DNA of 64,000 nt from Zootoca vivipara (Eukaryota): positions 10,168,001 through 10,232,000 of the forward strand of contig NC_083279.1 of the NCBI RefSeq assembly GCF_963506605.1, given 5' to 3'. Both the position numbers and the translations under genes were made by a program. Shown one piece after another: positions 62,001-64,000 of this stretch. Position 1 is the stretch's first letter, and every line of letters begins with the position of its first letter. The notes under the pieces were generated by a model. That model did not search any database. It had not been told where the DNA came from and saw only the letters and a list, made by a program, of their open reading frames with translations.

Positions 62001-62666
62001 CATGCCTTATTCTTATGAAGTCGAAAGCTTTCCTGCCATTGCGAATAGATTGTGACTGGGACCGTCACAGGGTTAATGCTTCCTCCCCCATGCCTTGGTC
62101 ACAATACACACACACCCCAAAGCTATTCATTTCTGAAAAATCACCTATGCAAGATGGGAATAACATAGTCAAGCACCATCTAGCCAAGGGGTATGTAAGT
62201 GAAACAGTTATGATAACCAGTATAAATGTAAGAATGCAGAGCCATCTCCACCCTAACATAACAAATAAAATGAAAGAAACAGGTTTCGAAAAAAACATTT
62301 GATTTGTGTATGTTTGCCAAGGAGTCAGAATTGAGTATCAGGAGGAAATCTTTAACAATATACAACAATTTTCTTCTTTCCTGTTTTAGCAATTTCCCTT
62401 CATCATTTAAACATATAATGCTACCTTGAAGTTAAACTGTTAGTCCATCTAAACTAGGGACTGGACCCTTGAGCTCTGGGAGTTTTAAAATATTAGATAA
62501 TATAGGTCATGTATTTACATGCACTAATGTAATTTCAAAAAATATTTTAAATGTTTTAATTCTTATACCTTATTTGGTAAAGGCTCTGCTTTCGGTTTTA
62601 CCAACTGGGTGCCAGGTGGTATCATTCCTTTTGGGGGATCTTTAACCTTCACTTCTAGTCCAGCAT
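11493..62666 (-). CDS. MYCBP2: MYCBP2 (PHR1/PAM) E3 ubiquitin ligase, C-terminal half (multi-exon span; 5' part lies beyond the right edge)
   Basis: Exons translate in continuous phase from [14 protein letters not shown] to [10 protein letters not shown], including the DOC-like, B-box, RING-H2 and tandem-cysteine (RCR) regions. Confidence 0.98.
12366..12531 (-). CDS. MYCBP2: MYCBP2 exon (MCPKHG...HCPA, tandem-cysteine domain)
   Basis: AG/GT boundaries, 166 nt; contains VFFCFG relay cysteine motif. Confidence 0.95.
12650..12757 (-). CDS. MYCBP2: MYCBP2 exon ([12 protein letters not shown]...SRAQ)
   Basis: 108 nt, AG/GT; contains the EARC upstream catalytic cysteine. Confidence 0.95.
13430..13980 (-). 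mobile_element. Probable interspersed repeat (LINE 5'-UTR-like), family uncertain
   Basis: Abrupt GC-richer block inside an AT-rich intron with no MYCBP2 coding content; family assignment is an impression only. Confidence 0.35.
14028..14237 (-). CDS. MYCBP2: MYCBP2 exon ([10 protein letters not shown]...YKCKK)
   Basis: 210 nt, AG/GT. Confidence 0.95.
15365..15472 (-). CDS. MYCBP2: MYCBP2 exon (LDCSHIFH...CPICK, RING-H2)
   Basis: 108 nt, AG/GT. Confidence 0.95.
16446..16634 (-). CDS. MYCBP2: MYCBP2 exon (EYAKIAC...APAIQ)
   Basis: 189 nt, AG/GT. Confidence 0.95.
16789..16992. mobile_element. Tc1/mariner-type MITE, degraded
   Basis: Imperfect TIR gtattggcccaaatataagcc / ggtttatattcaggccaat; internal repeats of aataagccacac. 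Confidence 0.55.
17922..18025 (-). CDS. MYCBP2: MYCBP2 exon ([10 protein letters not shown]...ADCQ)
   Basis: 104 nt, AG/GT. Confidence 0.95.
19190..19322 (-). CDS. MYCBP2: MYCBP2 exon (VFKEEEE...FREQT)
   Basis: 133 nt, AG/GT. Confidence 0.95.
19465..19593 (-). CDS. MYCBP2: MYCBP2 exon (PMCDNHDD...HQRQ, B-box)
   Basis: 129 nt, AG/GT. Confidence 0.95.
20212..20313 (-). CDS. MYCBP2: MYCBP2 exon (LWLALASL...QKQM)
   Basis: 102 nt, AG/GT. Confidence 0.95.
21242..21361 (-). CDS. MYCBP2: MYCBP2 exon (GHLSEAW...ATTR)
   Basis: 120 nt, AG/GT. Confidence 0.95.
21892..21988 (-). CDS. MYCBP2: MYCBP2 exon (YLRRGESH...DMAA)
   Basis: 97 nt, AG/GT. Confidence 0.95.
22116..22406. mobile_element. hAT (Tip100-like) non-autonomous element
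   Basis: TIR tcgggttgccatat / gtatggcagtccta; TSD ttttaaaa/ttttgaaa. Confidence 0.65.
22486..22769 (-). CDS. MYCBP2: MYCBP2 exon (VTSLLRR...MIFNS)
   Basis: 284 nt, AG/GT. Confidence 0.95.
22912..23178 (-). CDS. MYCBP2: MYCBP2 exon (VCAHIVQ...VQRQ)
   Basis: 267 nt, AG/GT. Confidence 0.95.
23895..23975 (-). CDS. MYCBP2: MYCBP2 exon ([10 protein letters not shown]...LQKQ)
   Basis: 81 nt, AG/GT. Confidence 0.95.
24946..25044 (-). CDS. MYCBP2: MYCBP2 exon (VFGKLISG...GEEK[VHN]); alternative donor at 24955
   Basis: 99 or 90 nt; two in-frame GT donors 9 nt apart. Confidence 0.9.
25308..25547 (-). CDS. MYCBP2: MYCBP2 exon (VDLDSRHIG...ITSQ)
   Basis: 240 nt, AG/GT. Confidence 0.95.
26270..26595 (+). 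mobile_element. L2-like LINE 3' fragment with (TTA)n tail
   Basis: Same family as 40925-41255; ends gggcggggtataaataa(tta)n. Confidence 0.7.
26697..26762 (-). CDS. MYCBP2: MYCBP2 exon (NKVTSMTF...RIKQ)
   Basis: 66 nt, AG/GT. Confidence 0.95.
27474..27698 (-). CDS. MYCBP2: MYCBP2 exon ([10 protein letters not shown]...RDLG, DOC-like domain)
   Basis: 225 nt, AG/GT. Confidence 0.95.
27994..28377. mobile_element. Non-autonomous hAT element
   Basis: TIR cagaggttttcaacc / ggttgaaaaccgcta; TSD gtttacac/gtctacac. Confidence 0.75.
28509..28665 (-). CDS. MYCBP2: MYCBP2 exon (CWSLKFK...AISQ)
   Basis: 157 nt, AG/GT. Confidence 0.95.
28809..28969 (-). CDS. MYCBP2: MYCBP2 exon ([10 protein letters not shown]...MALR)
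   Basis: 161 nt, AG/GT. Confidence 0.95.
29440..29669. mobile_element. Tigger/pogo-like MITE
   Basis: TA TSD; TIR caatggtacctcgact / tgtcgaggtatgactg; CpG-rich interior. Confidence 0.75.
29810..29959 (-). CDS. MYCBP2: MYCBP2 exon (AFNWLLC...ENAEQ)
   Basis: 150 nt, AG/GT. Confidence 0.95.
30274..30376. mobile_element. Tigger-like MITE, short
   Basis: TA|cagtggaacct ... aggtttgactg|TA. Confidence 0.6.
30609..30808 (-). CDS. MYCBP2: MYCBP2 exon (EVGSSLL...VFAME)
   Basis: 200 nt; NAGNAG acceptor TAG|AAG. Confidence 0.93.
31496..31653 (-). CDS. MYCBP2: MYCBP2 exon (LETSPITD...SGDA)
   Basis: 158 nt, AG/GT. Confidence 0.95.
32349..32516 (-). CDS. MYCBP2: MYCBP2 exon (HHHENFV...KSMPP)
   Basis: 168 nt, AG/GT. 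Confidence 0.95.
33629..33873 (-). CDS. MYCBP2: MYCBP2 exon (VKQSRRK...QTLAR)
   Basis: 245 nt, AG/GT. Confidence 0.95.
34729..34864. mobile_element. 136-bp hAT MITE, copy 1
   Basis: Long TIR CAGGCATCCCCAAACT..GGCCCTCCAGATGTTTTGG; perfect TSD gtgtaagg. Confidence 0.9.
34959..35128 (-). CDS. MYCBP2: MYCBP2 exon (CGRYAGGQG...AREK)
   Basis: 170 nt, AG/GT. Confidence 0.95.
35660..37306 (-). CDS. MYCBP2: MYCBP2 large Ser-rich exon (DRVNF...RQAHP)
   Basis: 1647 nt inside ORF 35634-37319; acceptor ACAG|GT, donor G|GTAAGA. Confidence 0.96.
37404..37466. repeat. (AGAT)n microsatellite
   Basis: Pure tetranucleotide run. Confidence 0.95.
38761..38862 (-). CDS. MYCBP2: MYCBP2 alternative cassette exon ([15 protein letters not shown]...SHKLK)
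   Basis: 102 nt, phase 1-1, open frame; TAG acceptor, G|GTGGGT donor. Resembles an insert I recall from vertebrate isoforms. Confidence 0.8.
39471..39825. mobile_element. Possible PIF/Harbinger-like MITE, old
   Basis: Ends ggccc.gtt.acatgtcaca / tgtgacatacaaacaaggcc flanked by AAT; internal catggttt repeats. Confidence 0.4.
40196..40331 (+). mobile_element. Penelope-like element terminal fragment
   Basis: CTGAAGAAGTG...CACGAAAGCTCATAC-AATAAA-TTAGTTGGTCTTTAAGGTGCTACTG...CAGACCAACACGGCTAC, typical of reptile Penelope ends; flanked by direct repeat ctaggctt. Confidence 0.75.
40203..40240 (+). ncRNA. Minimal type I hammerhead ribozyme motif (Penelope type)
   Basis: GTAT-CTGAAGA-A-GTGTG CATG CACAC-GAAA-GCT-C-ATAC: stem I GTAT/ATAC, core CUGANGA, stem II hairpin, GAAA, palindromic AGCT in place of stem III. 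Confidence 0.65.
40925..41255 (+). mobile_element. L2-like LINE 3' fragment with (TTA)n tail
   Basis: Similar to 26270-26595. Confidence 0.7.
41371..41540 (-). mobile_element. L2-like LINE 3' fragment, inverted relative to its neighbour
   Basis: accccgcccatctgggcggcttccaac...aacttccctaaacaggg..gccttcagttgtctt is the reverse complement of part of 41070-41190. Confidence 0.7.
41714..41841. repeat. 63-bp tandem duplication (two copies, one mismatch)
   Basis: ttggctgctggctcacgtgtgc(g/a)tgcgataaagc...gataaaattgt starts at 41714 and again at 41777. Confidence 0.95.
42556..42645 (-). mobile_element. 90-bp hAT-type MITE, copy 3
   Basis: Reverse complement of 6794-6883; perfect TSD ccactatt. Confidence 0.9.
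43150..44300 (-). mobile_element. Decayed DIRS-like retrotransposon fragment (RT relic)
   Basis: Frameshifted minus-strand peptides [14 protein letters not shown] (~43390-43430) and [25 protein letters not shown] (~43250-43330) resemble the DIRS RT motifs FRMETL.SI and YQY..LPFGL..APRVFTK. Boundaries approximate. Confidence 0.5.
43816..43868. repeat. (ATGA)n microsatellite
   Basis: Pure tetranucleotide run. Confidence 0.95.
44454..44791 (-). mobile_element. Sauria (Squam1) SINE
   Basis: Same family as 6917-7261, with a short internal deletion near 44630. Confidence 0.9.
44792..45016 (+). mobile_element. CR1 LINE 3' end
   Basis: ctaaacatcaggaagaacttt...gtggactctccttccttggaggtttttaagcag...cccttccaactcta..attctatgattct terminal octamer. 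Confidence 0.85.
45634..45795 (-). CDS. MYCBP2: MYCBP2 alternative cassette exon (DQLSAILN...QPQLQ)
   Basis: 162 nt, phase 1-1, open frame; CTACAG acceptor, A|GTAAGT donor. Confidence 0.88.
46548..46762. mobile_element. Tigger/pogo-like MITE
   Basis: TA|cattggtacctctggttac ... gtaacccaagataccactg|TA. Confidence 0.75.
49151..50522. mobile_element. 1.37-kb non-autonomous hAT element inserted in an older MITE
   Basis: TIR cagtggttcccaatta / taattgggaaccattg; TSD tggtaaac/tggtaaat; subterminal ggacccc repeats; (TAA)n at 49692-49742 inside. Confidence 0.75.
52596..52721 (-). CDS. MYCBP2: MYCBP2 exon (EQAFIDQ...LGNNK)
   Basis: 126 nt, AG/GT. Confidence 0.93.
52980..53050 (-). repeat. (TAA)n/(TAAA)n tail of an L2-like end
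   Basis: Microsatellite followed by tttatttatacccgc. Confidence 0.6.
53626..53758 (-). CDS. MYCBP2: MYCBP2 exon (VTNSEGTW...RHED) with GC donor
   Basis: 133 nt; donor ATG|GCAAGT. Confidence 0.92.
54600..54824 (-). CDS. MYCBP2: MYCBP2 exon (ESRSNTDD...AVGE)
   Basis: 225 nt, AG/GT. Confidence 0.95.
55749..55823 (-). CDS. MYCBP2: MYCBP2 alternative cassette exon ([25 protein letters not shown])
   Basis: 75 nt, phase 0-0; TTTACATAG acceptor, consensus CAG|GTGAGT donor. Confidence 0.82.
60159..60299 (-). CDS. MYCBP2: MYCBP2 exon (IHNDDGVW...VPVD)
   Basis: 141 nt, AG/GT. Confidence 0.95.
61292..61408 (-). CDS. MYCBP2: MYCBP2 exon (VRKFVAKD...FIDE)
   Basis: 117 nt, AG/GT. Confidence 0.95.
62569..62666 (-). 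CDS. MYCBP2: MYCBP2 exon (DAGLEVKV...LPNK)
   Basis: 98 nt, AG/GT. Confidence 0.95.
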
Positions 62667-63431
62667 CTGAAAATTAAGAAAATTACCATGAAGTGTATAT
62701 AAGAAGTCTAAGTAAGTGTTTGAAAGTTATTTTATTCTGAAGTGTGTTACATTCAGGTCTTGCAATGTGGTAAAATTCAAGCTGGTTAAGTGAAATAATC
62801 AGCTACAACTGATTATAAAGCATCACAAGCAATTAACCTGTCTCAATCTTTTCATGATATTAAAAATGTCAAAGTCTCATGGAGAGGAGTAGTATCTGTC
62901 AAAATATTATTTGGAAGAAATGTGTATATAAACATAACTCCTTGTCAAGGATTTAAAGGACTGCTCACAAAACAGGGAACTCCAGCATCCCATGACAGGA
63001 TTAGAGATGTGAATGCCCGGGAAAAACCTGGAAAAATTCTGGGGGGAAAACGTTTTTTCACTTTTTTTCCTGAATCCTTTTGAGTTTTCTGAAAAATTGG
63101 AAAAATAGGAAAAATAAAAAATAGTTTATGGAATCTTTTATTTTAACATGATGAATAAAATATTTTAAGATAAGGGGTTCAAATATTTTATAAATCATTA
63201 AAAAAAATATGTATGGTATCAGATTATTCTAATTTCTGTGAGGACAAGCAAGTCCTAGGTTACAAACTGAACTCTCCAATGCAAGAACAAGATACATTTC
63301 TTCCTTTAGGAGGTGCTGTTGTCACCAGAAAAGAAAAAGGTTTCAGTTTTGTTTTTGCATGCATGTGGTATGCATTGGTTCTGTTCCTCTTCACTAGGCT
63401 TCAAAGAACTGGAAGAAAATACTGTATAGAG

Positions 63432-63567
63432 CAGGCATCCCCAAACTTCGGCCCTCCAGATGTTTTGGACTACAATTCCCATCTTCCCCAACCACTGGTC
63501 CTGTTAGCTAGCGATCATGGGAGTTGTAGGCCAAAACATCTGGAGGGCCGCAGTTTGGGGATGCCTG
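63432..63567. mobile_element. 136-bp hAT MITE, copy 2 (opposite orientation to copy 1)
   Basis: TIR CAGGCATCCCCAAAC / GTTTGGGGATGCCTG; perfect TSD gtatagag. Confidence 0.9.
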
Positions 63568-64000
63568 GTATAGAGCAACAAAAAGGGCCTGAAAGCATAT
63601 GTGTAGTCGTGGCAATCAGAGAAGTGTTATGAAAGGGAAAAAAAGAAATTAAAATATTTTAAACATTAAATGCTGTAAAACAGTCTTTAAAAAGTGAAAT
63701 AAACTAATTTAAACATATAGTAGTAGCTAAAGTGGTTAACAGACCACACACATCAGTGTGAGTTAATACATAAGGTCTCATGGGCAAAACATGGGAGGTG
63801 GAGTAAGCATGTTGCATAGCAAACAGTGATGAATGATAAGTTCCTGTTTGGATACACTATATTTTAAAAAAGCTAGTTGTGATAATTTTATGCCCATTAA
63901 AATTGTCCATAGTTATAATTTATGTTTCTAAAGTAACAGAATGACTTTCAACCTGGAAAAGAAAAAAGAAGTGCTAATGTAGATTTTTTTCCAATTTTTC

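Noticed and set aside
63000-63260. Possible DNA transposon end (tagagatgtgaa...ggaaaaa repeats)
   Set aside because: No matching second TIR or TSD found in the window.
63940-63970. Strong acceptor-like site on the minus strand
   Set aside because: Downstream sequence does not encode the expected MYCBP2 peptide, and no donor follows.
1-64000. Prokaryote-type systems (CRISPR arrays, operons, defence islands)
   Set aside because: The window is intron-rich vertebrate DNA; its repeats are microsatellites and transposons, not repeat-spacer arrays.

Overview
Vertebrate genomic DNA, most likely a lacertid lizard (inferred from Sauria/Squam1 SINEs, POM/Squam2-like SINEs and squamate-type L2/CR1 tails). 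Two minus-strand genes lie in the order known from human 13q22. The first is the 3' half of MYCBP2 (PHR1/PAM E3 ligase): 35 constitutive coding exons from 62666 to the stop at 11493, three in-frame cassette exons, and a 3' UTR with AATAAA at 10843-10848. About 4 kb further on is the 5' end of FBXL3: a CpG-island promoter and non-coding exon 1 near 6.2-6.6 kb, and the first coding (F-box) exon at 1714-2076. Splice sites were read by hand, and all exon phases join in frame. Introns carry many SINEs, LINE tails, hAT and Tc1/mariner MITEs, a Penelope end and a DIRS relic. Most notable: (1) a complete tRNA-Glu(CTC) fused through an 8-nt spacer to a full-length Sauria SINE, with the whole unit inside one 14-bp target-site duplication just upstream of the FBXL3 promoter; (2) a candidate 120-nt MYCBP2 exon with an in-frame TGA-ATG stop/start; (3) a Penelope-type minimal hammerhead ribozyme; (4) a ZNF143-type motif at the FBXL3 promoter that appears MITE-derived; (5) a GC-AG intron and several nested transposon insertions.
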